Positions 18,442-33,961 of a DNA stretch of 64,000 nucleotides are shown here, piece after piece. The position numbers and the translations under genes are program-made. The stretch comes from the human T2T-CHM13v2.0 reference genome, Homo sapiens, in NCBI RefSeq assembly GCF_009914755.1, contig NC_060926.1; one strand, given 5' to 3'. How positions within the stretch are numbered: the stretch's first letter is position 1; the number at the start of each line of letters is the position of its first letter. A model generated the notes under the pieces. It saw nothing but the letters and a program-made list of their open reading frames with translations. It searched no databases and had not been told where the DNA came from.

Positions 18442-19035
18442 TGTTGTAGGTGAGATTTCAAAAATAGCCCCCTAAGATAGCCCACCCTAATCTTTAGAAT
18501 CTATGAATATTAGATATTGTACCACTGATTATGTTATGTTATACGCACAGTTGACCTTAAGGTAGGAAAATTAGCTGGATGTGTCTGGCTCTAATCACTT
18601 GAGTCCTGAAAATTGCTTAGAGAGCTTTCTCCAGCTGGTTGTGGGAGGAGAAGTCAGAGAGATTGCGAGCAGAAGAAAAATTCACTGCACCATTGCTGAC
18701 TTGAAGTTTGAGGGTACTCCGTGATGAAGAATGTGCACAGGTGGCCTCAAGAAGCAAGGAGCAGTCCTCCGCTGACAGCCAGCAAGGAAATGGGGACTTT
18801 GATGCTAAAACTGCAAGAAGCTAAATTCTAGCAATAACAGGAATGATCTTGTAAAGGGACTCCAAGCTCCAGATGACAATGCAGCTGGCTGACACTTTGA
18901 TTTCAGCCTGAGCAGAGAACCTAGCCACACCCTGCTAAACTTCTAATCTTCAGCACTGTGACCTAATATTATGGGTGTTGTTTTAAGCGGCTGAGTTTGT
19001 GTTGATTTGTTATACAGCAATAGAAAACCAATACA
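18442..19035 (+). mobile_element. MaLR LTR, MLT1E-like
   Basis: ctgacagccagcaaggaaatggggac; ends cagcaatagaaaaccaataca; TSD GCCAA/GCCAG. Confidence 0.8.
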
Positions 19036-19579
19036 GCCAGAATGGTGCCAATGGAGATTATAAAGAAGAGGATAGATGGATTTTGGCAATAATTTAGTAA
19101 GTAAAATTCATGTGAGATAGTGATTTGATATAAGAGATAAAGAAGAAGTGTTGAAGATGACTCCTAAATGTCTGGTTTATATGACTAGATGGACGATGGT
19201 TCCATTTACTGAGATGATAGAACATACCAGAAGAGGATCAAGTTAAAAGGGAAAAAAGATTATGATTTAATTTTTTTTTGGCCTGATTTGTTTTGAAGTG
19301 ACTGTGATCCATCTGAGAAGAGCTGTCAGCTGTCAGCCAAGCGGTTATATTTATAGACCTAGAACTCAACAAGAGGTATGGGCTAGGAATGAAAATGTGT
19401 GAGTTATCTGTATAGAAGTGCTGATTAGAGCCCTGGGTGAGGTTAACACAGAGTAAGTAGAAAGTGCATTTAGCACAGAGCATGAGGCTGTAAATACCTC
19501 AGAGAAGAGGAAAAGCCTGGAAAGATAGGGATTCCTGAGAAGTTGGGGCAAAGCCAGGGGAGTGTTAGATCAAGGAACT

Positions 19580-20074
19580 TGGATTAGTTCCTAATGCTGC
19601 TGTAACAAATTACTACCAATTCGGTGCTCTAACAAAACATAAGTTTATTATCTCCCAGTTCTGACAGTCAAAAATCTGGCACAGATCTCACCAAGTAAAA
19701 TCACATTGGTAGGCTGCATTTCTTTCTAGAAGCGCTAGGTAGAACTGATTCCTTTGCTTTCTCCAGCTTCTACAGGCTACTGGCATTCTTGGCTCAAGGC
19801 CTCTTCCTCCATCTTCAAAGCCAGCAACATCAGGTCAAGTTCTTTTCATCCTTCCATCTCTCTGCTTCTTTCTCCTGCACCTCCTTCTTCCACTTTTGAG
19901 GCCCTTTGTCATTACATTGGGCCCTCCTGGATAATACAAGATTTTAAGATCATCTGATTAGCAAACTTAATTTTATGTTATCTTAACTCCCCTTTTCCAT
20001 ATAACATAACATAGTCACAGGTCCTAGGGACTAGGACGTGGACATCTTTTGTCGTCATAACTCTGCTTACTACA
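19580..20074 (-). mobile_element. MaLR LTR, MLT1B/C-like
   Basis: gctgctgtaacaaattac...cttcaaagccagcaac...aggacgtggacatcttt...ctaca. Confidence 0.8.
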
Positions 20075-20643
20075 GAGGCTAAGGATTTATCTACACAATG
20101 TGTAATATAATAATCTTGAAGAGAGCTGGTTGTATGAATGGTAAAGGCAGAAGTAATAAATAGTTCAGCAGGTATAGAGTGCAGTGGGAGTGAAGTCAGA
20201 ATGGAGTGACTATGAAAAACCTTGACAAGTTCAGCTATGAATGAATAAAAGAAAGTAGAGTAAAGAAAAGGAATAAAAGGAAGTAGCTATGGGTGGTTTA
20301 GGATCTGGGAAGAATTATTTTATGGGAAGTGATTAACATGTTTAGTAGCCAATGTGAAAGATTCAGTTGAGAGAAGATCTATGCAAAAGAGAGAACAGAT
20401 ACTCATTTGCTTAAACTTCCCCATAAGACAGGTAGGGGCTAAGCATAAGCCTGTGTTTCCCTCTGTTATAAATAGAAGATATGAAGACAGATAGGTATAC
20501 AGATAGATACATTTATACGCTTATTAGCAAAAATCTGAAAAGTTCACTTTTTATGTCTTCTTTTCCCACTCTAAATGCCTATCAGAAAAAGAAAATTGGG
20601 TTTACAAACTAGGAACACAATCATTAAAAATAAACATAGCATA

Positions 20644-21024
20644 TGATATGGTTTGGCTCAGTGTCCCCACTCAAATCTCATCTTGAGTTGTAATCCCCAT
20701 AATCCCCACATGTCGAGGGAGGGATCTGGTGGGAGGTAATTGGATCATGGGGACAGTTTCCCCCATGCTGTTCTGATGATAGTGAGTGAGTTCTCACAAG
20801 ATCTGATGGTTTTATAAGTGTTTGACAGTTCTTTCTTTACATGCCCTTTCTCTCCTGCCACCTTGTGAAGAAGGTGCCTGCTACCTCTTCATCTTCTACC
20901 ATGATTGCAAGTTTTCTGAGGCCTCCCCAGCCATGTGGAACTGTGAACCAATTAAACCTCTTTTCTTTATAAATTACCCAGCCTCAGGTATTTCTTCATA
21001 GCAGTGTGAAAATGGACTAATACA
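20644..21024 (+). mobile_element. MaLR solo LTR, THE1D-like
   Basis: tgatatggtttggc...ggactaataca; perfect TSD GCATA. Confidence 0.92.
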
Positions 21025-21577
21025 GCATATATTATAATAATCATGTTTCCCCAGTGGATGAAAAATTCTGCCTGCTAAGTGAAAATGTTGACCTCACCCT
21101 GCACATAAAGGAGATAGCTCCCTAGTGAGGCCACATTTTATGTCCCATCTAGGTTTATTGGATACTTTATAGTATTTGGGAAACATAAACCATTTCCCAC
21201 TAATGCTATCATCTTAAAACACTTTGGAGTTTTGACTGAATAACTGACTAAACAGCAGTTTGTTAGATGAATGATGTAACCAAGCAATTTTTAATGGACT
21301 CTCAGAAGATTTTGAGGAAAAGAAAATGTGCTGCCAATGGAAACAGACATGGATGTGGAATGAAGAAATTTATATTTTCACATCTCTGGCTCAATTCCTT
21401 ACTAAACTAGGGTCGAAGTCCCTATTAAGACCTACAGTGCGAGGCAATCAGTGAATATTTTGCATTTGGAAAGTCTAAGGCAGCAGGTAGCAGATGCTAA
21501 CCTTTTGTGCTTTGTACATAGGACAGGTATTGTATGTATACCAATTGGAGGAGACATCACTCAGTAGTAGGCCCTAG

Positions 21578-21765
21578 TCAGGGTTGACAGATAAAATACA
21601 GGACTTCCAGTCAAATTGAAACTGCCGTTAAAGAACAAAATTTTTTTAGCATAAGTATGTTGCAAATATTGCATAAAACATATGTATACTAAAAAATGTG
21701 TTGTTTATCTGAAATTCAAATTCAAATTTAAGTGGGTTTCCTCTGTTTGTACTTGTTAAATATCT
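21578..21765. mobile_element. MER53 palindromic hAT MITE
   Basis: cagggttgacagataaaatacagg; central palindrome tgcaaatattgca; tgtttatctgaaattcaaattt. Confidence 0.75.
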
Positions 21766-23434
21766 TCTATCTGTCTATGCAAGAATATTTTGTACAAAGA
21801 TGAATCTGGATTCATGGGCTGAAAAATAATATTTGAGACACTTTCAGACATGACAAGTCTGATCATATTGTTTGAAATCCAAAATGCCAGTGTTTCTGGG
21901 ATATTTCACCAGGTCATGGGGATAATCAACACTATGTTTACAGTTTAAATAGGGTTCAAACAGTCATTCTAGGAAATGGCTTATGGTCACTACATGTATT
22001 TGGGCCATGGATTTCCTTGAGGTCTTTCCTGTAAAGATATTAGGACTAATTTTCAATGAGTTTTTTGTTTTGGTATAATATACAATATTGCAGAAAGATA
22101 GGCTATGTATTTAGTATGTTATCAACCCATCAATGAACAGCCGCAATAAAAGTGAACTTAACATAAACCAAATCTTTTTAGGACAGCCTCCTTTTCCAGT
22201 TATATTAAGAAGCCAGCAGAAAGTTAAAAGAGTTGACACCAAGCCCTATGACCAGCTTGAATTTCAATTCCTTAAACTCTGTTAGTACTTATTCATTCAT
22301 ATGTCCAACAAATATTAATGAATGATTACACTGAAACAAGCAGGGAAAATTTTATATTGCGAAGGACGGGAAGAAAGTGCTTAGATTTAAATGCAGAAAG
22401 GAGGTCAGTGTGGCTAGAGCAGAGTGGGGGTTGGGGAGCATGACAGAAGATGAATGGAGAGAAGTCCACTGGAAAGACCCACAGGGCTTTGTACGTCAGG
22501 CTAAGGAGCTCAGTTTTATTCTTACCTTGTTGGGAAACCTTCAGGTTGCTATAAACATCACATTGTACCCCATAAATATATAATTATTATTTGTCAATTA
22601 AAAATAACATTTAATTTTTTAAACATGACAGTGCTGAACTGTAAGAAAACAAAATGAAAAAACTTGTAACATTTGATGTGAATCATCATGACTTATTAAA
22701 TACCCTCTGTGTCCAAATAAAATGGTTTTCATCTGCCAATATGGCAAAATACAGAAAATACCAGAACCAAATTAATAGACATGGATATCAATCAGGGAAG
22801 TGAAAAATATGCAAAAAGAGTTATAACATCACATCAGCTATCATAATAAATGTGAATAAAATAAATTTTCTTACTAAAAATAACAATGCCCTCATATTAG
22901 CCAATGACAAAGAAATTCAACAAAAGGATTAGAGATTGTTTTACTCCTGAAGAGAGATGTTCATAGATGTTGCTAATTGAGCAGTTTTAAAACAAATTTT
23001 CATTTCTAATTTGTTATTTAAACATACTATTATATATTAAGCCTAACTTTTCAAACTTTAAGATAAAATACTGATTTCCAGAGATTCTGTAATAATTAAA
23101 ATATGAATTCCCTCATACTTGAAAAAAATAAATTTTTTTCACAGCCATCTTGGAAAATATGTGAATGTTCAACTTTTGGACTGACACCTAATAAGCAACA
23201 TTTTATTCCTAAAGGAGAGATTTTTTAGGTTGGTAATGAGGAAGTGAAAAAATGGAAATTTGTAGGAAAAAAATCTATATATAACCCATATGGTTATACA
23301 TAATTGAAATTCCAAAATATACCTGGGTCTTCCAGGATACTGAAAGCTAATTATTAAGGTGAAGAAGAACTGACTTAATAGTGACTAGAAGTGACTTCAA
23401 CCTTCCTCCACCTGAAAGGTACTGCAGACACAGG

Positions 23435-23437
<3 letters not shown>

Positions 23438-23465
<28 letters not shown>
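23438..23465. repeat. (TG)n microsatellite
   Basis: direct. Confidence 0.95.
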
Positions 23466-23468
<3 letters not shown>

Positions 23469-24919
23469 CGCGCACATTTTGCAGAATGGTGGTGAGAGCT
23501 GTGTTAAAACCACAATGTGATGAGTATTTTAAATCCTACGTTTTCCTGTAGTAATAAGAGTACAGTCTTATAATTTCTTTCTGATTGTACTCAGTAAGCA
23601 ATTTATAAATGAAAACAAGGGAAAAGGCATGTGATTTTAGTTAACTATTAACCGACATGGCTAAGGGTAGTTTTTAAGACATTACTTGAGATTTTGGAAG
23701 GAGAAATCCCTGTGGACACAGCACACCTTATGCTTTATGTCACAGGTATGAGCCGTTTCCTAGAGAACTCCTAGGGAATAAATTTGGAATTTTATTTTTA
23801 TCATTAAGGGGGAAAAATCTTATATGTATTAGAAAGTTTATTATAACAGTCATCAGGCACTTAGAAATTTCTGTCTACACTGTTTAAATTGAGGAGACAA
23901 GTTATTGGCTGTCATTAATGATATTCCAGTAAGAATGTCCCTAACCTGGAAAACCAATCAGCTAAGTTCCACTTGTCATACCTTACCATTACTGATATTA
24001 TAAATGTGTCCCTAACCTAGAATATATTCTACTTCAGAATGAAAGTTTATTCTTCTCTTACCATGTGAATGGTAGTTAACAGTCCTGAAAGCTTCTCAAC
24101 TGGAACAGCTTCCAAAATAACTTTAAAAAATTCACTCTTTCTCAATGTTTTCTAAGTAACATAGAAATAATTAACTGCAAATTTTGTTGAGTTCTTGATC
24201 ATCTGGGAAATCAAGATGAAGCACAAAGGATATATTAGTTGCTGAACAAATGAGCCAATTTATCTCATGAACAAAAAGCAGACTGTTGTCAAAGGATGCA
24301 TTTTTTTTTTCTTTTTACTGTTACAATTATGCCTAAAAGGACACCATAATTACAGTGCAATGTTCCTCAATCAGACCATATCCTTGCTTAGGGAAGCAGG
24401 AGGTTGCTTGTGCGACTGTAATGATTTTCCTTCTTATCAACTGTGAATCATGTCTTTCATCCCTGTAATTAAGGCCTTTGATATGCGTAACAGTCAGTAG
24501 AGTTGAGATAATAAAACAAATCAAGCCAAATATCCTGTTGTTGAATTTAGAACAGCTACAACAAATTGTTGATCTCCTTTTCCTTCAATTTGTGCATATG
24601 AAAAAATGTTATTCTAGAAATACTCAGACTTAGATTTGAAGGTATTGAAAAAGTCAAGATATTGTCCATTTTTTTAGAAATGTTGTATATTATATTAGTG
24701 GAAGGTAACAATGAATTCCTTTATTTGAAGATCTCTGATTACCTTAAACATAAAAGTTACATGTTCAACAGGATATATTTCTACTATTTTAATAGTTAAA
24801 TGCATTAACTAAATGCATATTTAGGAAGGCTGCGATGTTTAATATTTTCCATTAAATGAAAGCTCATGCTCAGAAACCTTGCTATTTAGATATTTAATTT
24901 ATTTTATTCACCCACTCAT

Positions 24920-25110
24920 TCTGTGTACCAGGTACTGTGATGGACTTTTGCATATATGATTTCTCATCTTCAACATTACTCTGCAAGGTTAATTTTATTA
25001 TTTTCATTCTACATATGGTGAAATTTAATCTGAGAAGAAGTAAGTGGCTTCCCAAAGAGAAACAGCAAGAATATGGCAGAGTTGGCCTTCAAATGAAGTA
25101 CAGTGGGGAG
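24920..25110 (-). mobile_element. MIR
   Basis: tgtgtaccaggtactgtg...ctgagaagaagtaagtggcttcccaa...ggcagag. Confidence 0.6.
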
Positions 25111-26199
25111 GGTGGGATGAGCAGAGGGAAAGGAGATGTCTTGGGAGAATGCTTCTTAACATTAGTGCTGGTAAGGCAACAATTTAACAAGATTAGAGGA
25201 AACATAGCAACGAGGCAAGTGAAATATCAGTTATCAGACCACAAGTTCTCTAAATAATATAATCAACAAGCTTCTCCTTTGTAGGGGGTAGTTTCCCCCA
25301 CCAAACAAAGCCACACTCCTCAGTCCTTCCTTCCATAGAATCTGTGATGTTTCTATGTTAGTTAAAACATATGTTTCTCTTGCTATAAAGGTCATTTTTT
25401 TTTCTCTTTAAATCGCATGCTCTCAATGGGTCCATAGAACGGCCCTTATCTCAGTTGCATTTTTAGATTATAATTTTATGTATAGACTGTGCCTACCTTC
25501 ACTATTCTGTCTGAAAACATGCTAATCGATGACTCTAAGATGTGCTGTGAGGTTTGCAGCTGATAAAAATGAATGCTTTCTCATTTGAGGGTCTCAGGGT
25601 AAATATTATCAGTAAAATATGTGAACTTCAGTGCATGCAAGTTGTGACAGCTATTTTGTTTGTTCAGAAGTTTAAAGAATTGCTTTTCAGTATTTCAACT
25701 GTGCTCTGAATAAATTAAGTTGCCAGAGAGCTCAGTTTCATGGATGTAGTTACCTGGAGCATAGTTCTGATAAAAACCAAGACCATAACTTCAGTTCTCA
25801 CACATATGGGCTGGTTTCCACCAGGGAAAAGCTTGGACCCATAGTCACAGATGAACAATAGTGCTGGTTTATTGCATACGAGTTTGTTATCTTTGTTTAG
25901 GGCTTTTTGTATAGTGGCTTATAATGTGGTTTTTAGTGCTGTGTTACTGGTCTATCTCTTCGAATTACATATAAATACATAACTGAGGCCAATGATGATG
26001 CCTCATTCATCTTTGGAACTAGCATGAGTCCTGAAACTCAGGAGATGCCAAGTGAATGTTTGTTCAATTAAACCAGGAACAAGGTATCTATATAAGGGAT
26101 GATGTTGGCTATGAGAGCCGGAGTGATACAGTGTAAATTTTTGGCAAACTCACAATGATACAGTTTTCATATAAAACACACCACAATCACAATTTTTTA

Positions 26200-28092
<1,893 letters not shown>

Positions 28093-28499
28093 CGCATCAG
28101 CCCTAGAAGAAAAAGGATCCCCTTGGAGGGAAGATTGAAGTGCAGCATGTAGAAGAAAATGTCTGTGGGCCATATGCTCTGTGGGTGAGCCACTGGCAAA
28201 CCACAGCATTGGAAAGAAACTGAACTTCAGTGTGACACACATTTTGTGTTCCTTGTACTGGAGGGAAAGCAATGAGTGAGTATGATTATTAGATTATATC
28301 ATAGGACATGAAATATTTGTTACCAAAAGCAGGGTAGAGTTTGAGGGTAATTTTTAAAAATTTCTCTCTTGATGACCGTTTTACACTAAATGATGCATTG
28401 ATGCATGCCGTCGGCTTGCCTTTTTCCTCCCCCTCCAACCCTGTGTCTTAGGAAACCAGAAGTATTAATCACTGACATTGAAAACACATTTGTTCCTGG

Positions 28500-28700
28500 A
28501 AACTTGCTTAGTTCCTTATGCACATTATATCATTTAAGCATAAGCACAGACTTCTGAGTTCAGTACTGGTAATTTATTGATGGGAAAATGAAGGCTTAGA
28601 GACATTGTGGAACTTGCTAAGGTTTACATGACTAAGTGGCAGAGGTAGGAATTGAACCAAGGACTAAATACAGGCTATAACCATAAGTACTAAACTCTCT
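28500..28700 (-). mobile_element. MIR
   Basis: gatgggaaaatgaaggcttagagac...aagtggcagaggtaggaattgaacc. Confidence 0.65.
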
Positions 28701-29689
28701 CCGGTAAAAGTTCAAAAGCTACACTCAACGATTTATAGGAACCTATGTTTACATACTAATGAGGCTGATACAAAGCTGGCAATGATACATTCTATCTGGG
28801 CAGGATGCATGGTGATTTGTTTTTTAGAGAATTAGGTGCTACTAGGAAATATGTGAGCTCTGGCGTTCTGTTCTTCATGGGCAACTTGAGGGGAAATTGT
28901 CCATTCTTAAGTCTTTGTTTGTGTTTGTTTATATGCCTTTCTTGCTTCACTGCTAATGTGGCATATTATTTCATAATCACAGAAAGACTGATTTATAGGA
29001 AAATAAAATTATATACAAGTGTTTCATGGTTTAGTAAACAATAATCTTCAAACTACTTAGTGATGTTATTATTATTGTCATTATGACCTTGACTGTTGTC
29101 ATTCAATATACAAATAAACTTGCTCATATCACAGCTGGGAATTTTTTATCCAACTTCCTAATTTCAGGCAATACTAGATTGTGAAAATCACAAGGTACCT
29201 TGTGGATATAAGACAAGGAAGAGGAATTCCTCCGTCTTTTAATTAATGTTTAAAAAGTTGTTATTCTGTGTTAGAAATAACACATGCTTTTGAACAGGGA
29301 TATACATAAACTTAACTAATTCATAATGTCTTTATTTTTTTTGACTTTCACATTTGTCAAATGCCAATATAATAGCTTCAACTTATCTAGCTGTTGTGAG
29401 AATTAAATGAGATTATAGAGTGCACCTTATTAACAGAAATATTTTTAAATCTAAACAAGTAATATTATTTGGTACTATCCTCATTGTACCGAGTTAAAGC
29501 AATTTTCTTGTACATTTTTAAGGAATAAACACACAAAATTAGCCAAAATACTGACATATATCCAACCAACAGTGAATCCAATTTCAGTGTATTATGAAGG
29601 GAAATCAAGGCATAAAAACATCAAGTGTGTTTCAATTTAAGAAAAGAAAAACTATTCGGGTTAGAAAAAGAGTTTGGAAGGTGTATCAT

Positions 29690-30140
29690 CAGAGGATCAG
29701 TGAAAAGAGAAAACAGAAACTATCCTAGATATTTTAGGCAGAATGGCAGTTAAGTATGGAATTAGATGATTTTAAACCCTTGGGAAGCACTGGGGAGCAG
29801 TACTTCTAGCTTCAGGAAATCAGGATGTTTCAGGGATCACAAGAAACTGCAGCTGATCATCTCAGCTCCTACAACAGTGAAACAGGTATTCTTAAGAGAA
29901 TGCCCAGAAGGCACAGCAAAACTCAGGACTTTCCAAGTCTACTACTGCCTGTCAACATCTCAAGAGTGCAAAAGCTCCTTCTTCCCTCCCGATTCCCAAT
30001 CCTCCACTAATACCCCTCCCAGCATAATCCAAACCACAAGACTGCTGGCATGAAAGTTTAGAAAAGGTAGTTTCCAGGCTTCCAGCTTCTGTAGAACAAG
30101 AGCCAACTTAGAAGGGCAGAACGGTGCTGAGTGCCAGAGG
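29690..30140. mobile_element. Ancient LTR-like remnant (family uncertain)
   Basis: aaacagaaactatcctagatattt and aaaggtagtttccaggcttccagc resemble old LTR78/79/MLT-type motifs. Confidence 0.3.
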
Positions 30141-30450
30141 ATATTCTCAGGAAAATCAAGATAGTAATAGAAATACCGCGACATTGAAGAAAGCTGTTTG
30201 TAGCAAGAAATAAAAAAGTTAAGTCCATTTGAGGCTGACTCTAGGAAGAGTTTCTTTTGAACAGTAAAAAATTTATAAAATTGAATTCAGTGGGAAATGT
30301 ATGTATTTCTCACATTGAATTAGATATTAAATTGACATTTAAAATTAATACAAATGTCATTTACTTTACGTGCCATCTTAATAAATGTTTAATTATTTTA
30401 AAAGTAAACAACTGCTGTCTCAGTGTTAATTCCAGGAGATTTAATTGTAT

Positions 30451-31905
30451 TGTTCGTTTCCTTTCACTCTTTTTTCTCTAATCTTGTCTTCTCACTTTAT
30501 TTCATTAATTTGATCTTCAATCACTGATATCGTTTCTTCCACTTGATTGAATTGGCTATTGAAGCTTGTGCATGCATCACGAAGTTCTCGGGCCGTGGTT
30601 TTCAGCTCCATCAGGTCATTTAAGGTCTTCTCTACACTGTTTATTCTAGTTAGCTATTCATCTAACCTTTTTTCAAGGTTTTTAGCTTCCTTGCGATGGG
30701 TTAGAACACGCTCCTTTAGCTTGGAGAAGTTTGTTATTATGGACCTTCTGAAGCCTACTTCTGTCAACTCGTCAAACTCATTCTCCATCCAATTTTGTTC
30801 CCTTGTTGGCAAGGAGCTGCGATCCTTTGGAAGAGAAGAGGCACTCTGTTTTTGGAATTTTCAGCTTTTCTGCTCTGGTTTCTCCCCATCTTTGTGGTTT
30901 TATCTACCTTTGTTCTTTGATGTTGGTGACCTACAGATGGGGTTTTGGTGTCGATGTCCTTTTTGTTGATGTTGATGCTATTCCTTTCCATTTGTTAGTT
31001 TTCCTTCTAAGAGTCAGACCCCTCAGCTGCAGGTCTGTTGGAGTTTGCTGGAGGTCCACTCCAGACCCTGTTTGCCTGGGTATCACCAGCGGAGGCTGCA
31101 GAACAGCAAATATTGCTGCCTGATCTTTCTTCTGGAAGCTTTGTCCCAGAGGAGCACCCACCTGTTTGAGGTGTCTGTTGGCCCCTACTAGGAGGTGTTT
31201 CCCAGTCAGGCTACACGGGGGTCAAGGACCCGCTTGAGGAGGCAGTCTGTCTGTTCTCAGAGCTTGAACACTGTGTTGGGAGAACCACTGCTCTCTTCAG
31301 AGCTGTCACACAGGGATGTTTAAGTCTGCAGAAACCGTCTGCTGCCTTTTTTTCTGCTATGCCCTGCCCTCAGAGGTGGAGCTGACCTGTGATGGGCTCC
31401 ACCCAGTTTGTGCTTCCCTGCTGCTTTGTTTACACTGTGACCTACTCAAGCCTCAGTAATGGTGGACACCCCTCCCCCCGCCAAGCTCCCGCATCCCAGG
31501 TGGATCTCAGACTGCTGTGCTAGCAGTAAGCAAGGCTCTATGGGTGTGGGACCCGCCAAGCCAGACATGGGAGGGTATCTCCTGGTCTGCCAGTTGCTGA
31601 GACCATGGGAAAAGTGCAGTGTTTGGTCAGGAGTGTACCCATTTCTCCAGGTACAGTCTGTCATGGCTTCCTTTGGCTAGGAAAGAGAAATTCCCCAACC
31701 TCTTGCACTTTCTGGGTGAGGTGATGACCCACCCTGCTTCAGCTTGCCCTCCATGGGCTGCACCCACTATCCAACCAGTCCCAATGAGATAAACCAGGTA
31801 CCTCAGTTGGAAATGCAGAAATCACCCCTCTTCTGCATCAGTCTCACTGGGAGCCACTGCAGACCGGAGCTGTTACTATTCGGCCATCTTGGAAGTGACT
31901 CTCCT
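30451..31905 (-). mobile_element. L1PA6/7-like 5'UTR plus ORF1 N-terminus only; rest of the element absent
   Basis: 5' end cggccatcttgg (YY1 site); ORF1 start MGRNQSRKAENSK near 30888. Confidence 0.92.
31459..31680 (+). CDS. ORF0: L1 antisense ORF0-like open frame, 73 aa
   Basis: MVDTPPPAKLP...ISDCCAS...GVGP...EK aligns with L1HS ORF0 (MAGAPPPASLP...ISDCCASN...GVGPSEP); gtaATGg Kozak context; expression unknown. Confidence 0.6.
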   Translation: MVDTPPPAKLPHPRWISDCCASSKQGSMGVGPAKPDMGGYLLVCQLLRPWEKCSVWSGVYPFLQVQSVMASFG

Positions 31906-31940
31906 CTGCCTTTTCTTTTCAGCAGTTTTACAATAATAGG

Positions 31941-31943
<3 letters not shown>

Positions 31944-31979
<36 letters not shown>
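31944..31979. repeat. (TG)n microsatellite
   Basis: direct. Confidence 0.95.
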
Positions 31980-31980
<1 letters not shown>

Positions 31981-31984
31981 ACGT

Positions 31985-32450
31985 GCCAGTTGGAAAATAT
32001 TTTTAGCCATTAGCTCTTCAAATATTGCTTCTTCCTTGTTCTCTCTTTCTGGGAATCTTATTACATGTATATTACAACTTTTCACCTAGACTGTCTTGTT
32101 GTTTTCTCTATTTTTTATTCTTCTTTGCTCACTATCCATTAGTATAGATATTTTCTATTAATCTTTTTTTTTACTTCACTGATCTTGATTTCTGTTAAGC
32201 CCAATCTGTGTTGTCTACCTATTGGGTTCCTAATTTCAATTATTACATTTATTTTATAGTTTTAGAATTTCTGATTATTTAAAAAAATAAATTGTAGTTT
32301 TCTAATAAAATTCTTCACTTTTTTGTCTATTTATCAGACTTATTAATCACCATTATTCTAAAGTCAGCATCTGATCATCTCAAATGAATCAACTATGGGT
32401 ATTTGTTTGTTTTATTGAAATTCTGGACATTTTAATAAAAATTGAGAGAC
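31985..32450 (-). mobile_element. Old L1M ORF1-region fragment
   Basis: NIHVIRFPERENKEEAIFEELMAKNIF resembles L1 ORF1. Confidence 0.6.
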
Positions 32451-33917
32451 TCTGGATATCTTTTTCATAAAATGTTTACCCTATCTCCAGGTAGGCAACT
32501 TGAAAGCAAATAGATCACCTTAATGCAACCAAGAATGAAGCTGCCTTGAAACAGGGTTTCAGTTTTTTAGTAAGGTTTAGTGTACATCAGTTTAATCTCA
32601 TCTACTAGGAATGAAGCTTTCCATAGGACTTAGCTGAGACCTAGGATGTCTACTAGAGACACTTTTTGTTGGGTTCTAACTGTAATTTTTTTGTCTTCTC
32701 AAAACTATACCACTTAAAAATATGTTTTAATATTTAGCAGCTTTCTGCTGACAATCCCATTTTTTTCGTTATGCTCAACTTAAGAACTTAGCAAATTATA
32801 TAAGGCTGAAAAACACAGCATTTAACTCTCTTCTCTGTGTCTCCCTTATTTCTATGATTTGCCCCCTCAATCTGACTGCATAGGCAACCTCAAATGTCAC
32901 TTTTATCATCTTGATCCCCTTGAGATTTTCAAAAGTTGTGCTCTCCTTTCTACCTCATAAACATAGACATCAATAATATTTCTCAGTTATTTCCCTAAAT
33001 CAACAACCTTCCAAAATACAGATGGAAAAACAACTTGCAGAATATCAGTTAACTTCTATGCTATTCTTTTTCTTCCTAGATCTTGCTTGCTTAAGTATGG
33101 GTTGCCTCATCAGCTCTCCAGTGACTTCAAATAGATATTTTGTGTGTGTGTGTTGTCCAATATTTTCTGTTTGTTCTTGGCCAAATAATTTGTCATGCAC
33201 AATCTACTGCATCATGGTTGGTTGTAGAAGTACACAATTATTGAATATTTCATGTATTATAATATGCACAAAATGATATGTTTTTCCAGTTACTTTGATT
33301 TCTTAGATAAAATAGATTTCATAGGTGTAATGAATATATTTTTGTGTTTTATCCTTTTTTTCTTTTTGAACTTTTACTACTGAATCAGGGGGTCATATGC
33401 AGGTTTGTTACAAAGGTATATTTTATGATGCTGAGGTTTGGAATGTGACTAAACCCTTCATGTGAATAATGAGCATAGTACCCAGAGGTAGTTTTTCAGC
33501 CCTTTCTCCCCTTCCTCTCTCCCCTTCTAGTAGTCCCAAGTATCTGTTGTTCCGATCTTTATGTCTATGTGTACCCAGTGTTTAGCTCCCGCTTGTAAGT
33601 GAGAACATGCAGCATTTGGTTTTCTGTTTCTGCATTACTTTCCTTAGGATAATGGGCTCCAGCTGCAACCAAAATGCTGCAGAGGACATGATGTTTTTTT
33701 TTTTATAACTAAAGAGTATTCCATGGTATATATGTACTACACTTTCTTTATCCAATCCACCATTGATGGGCACCTTGGTTGATTCCATGTTTTTGTTTTT
33801 AGGAACATTGCTGCAATGACCATTTGGGTGCATGTGTCCTTCTGGTAGAATAATTTATTTACTTTTAGATATTAAATATATACCCAGGAAAGGAATTGCT
33901 GGGTTAAATAATAATTC

Positions 33918-33956
<39 letters not shown>
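33918..33956. repeat. (TA)n at an L1 internal deletion junction
   Basis: direct; the L1 consensus jumps across it. Confidence 0.85.

Positions 33957-33961
<5 letters not shown>

Larger units (their letters stand above)
17590..20300 (-). mobile_element. L2 fragments interrupted by a DNA transposon and two MLT1 LTRs
   Basis: tttgttgagcaccagtaatgtgtcaggcactgtgc (L2 3' end); gaagatgactcctaa and ccatttactgagatg (L2 body); extent approximate. Confidence 0.6.
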
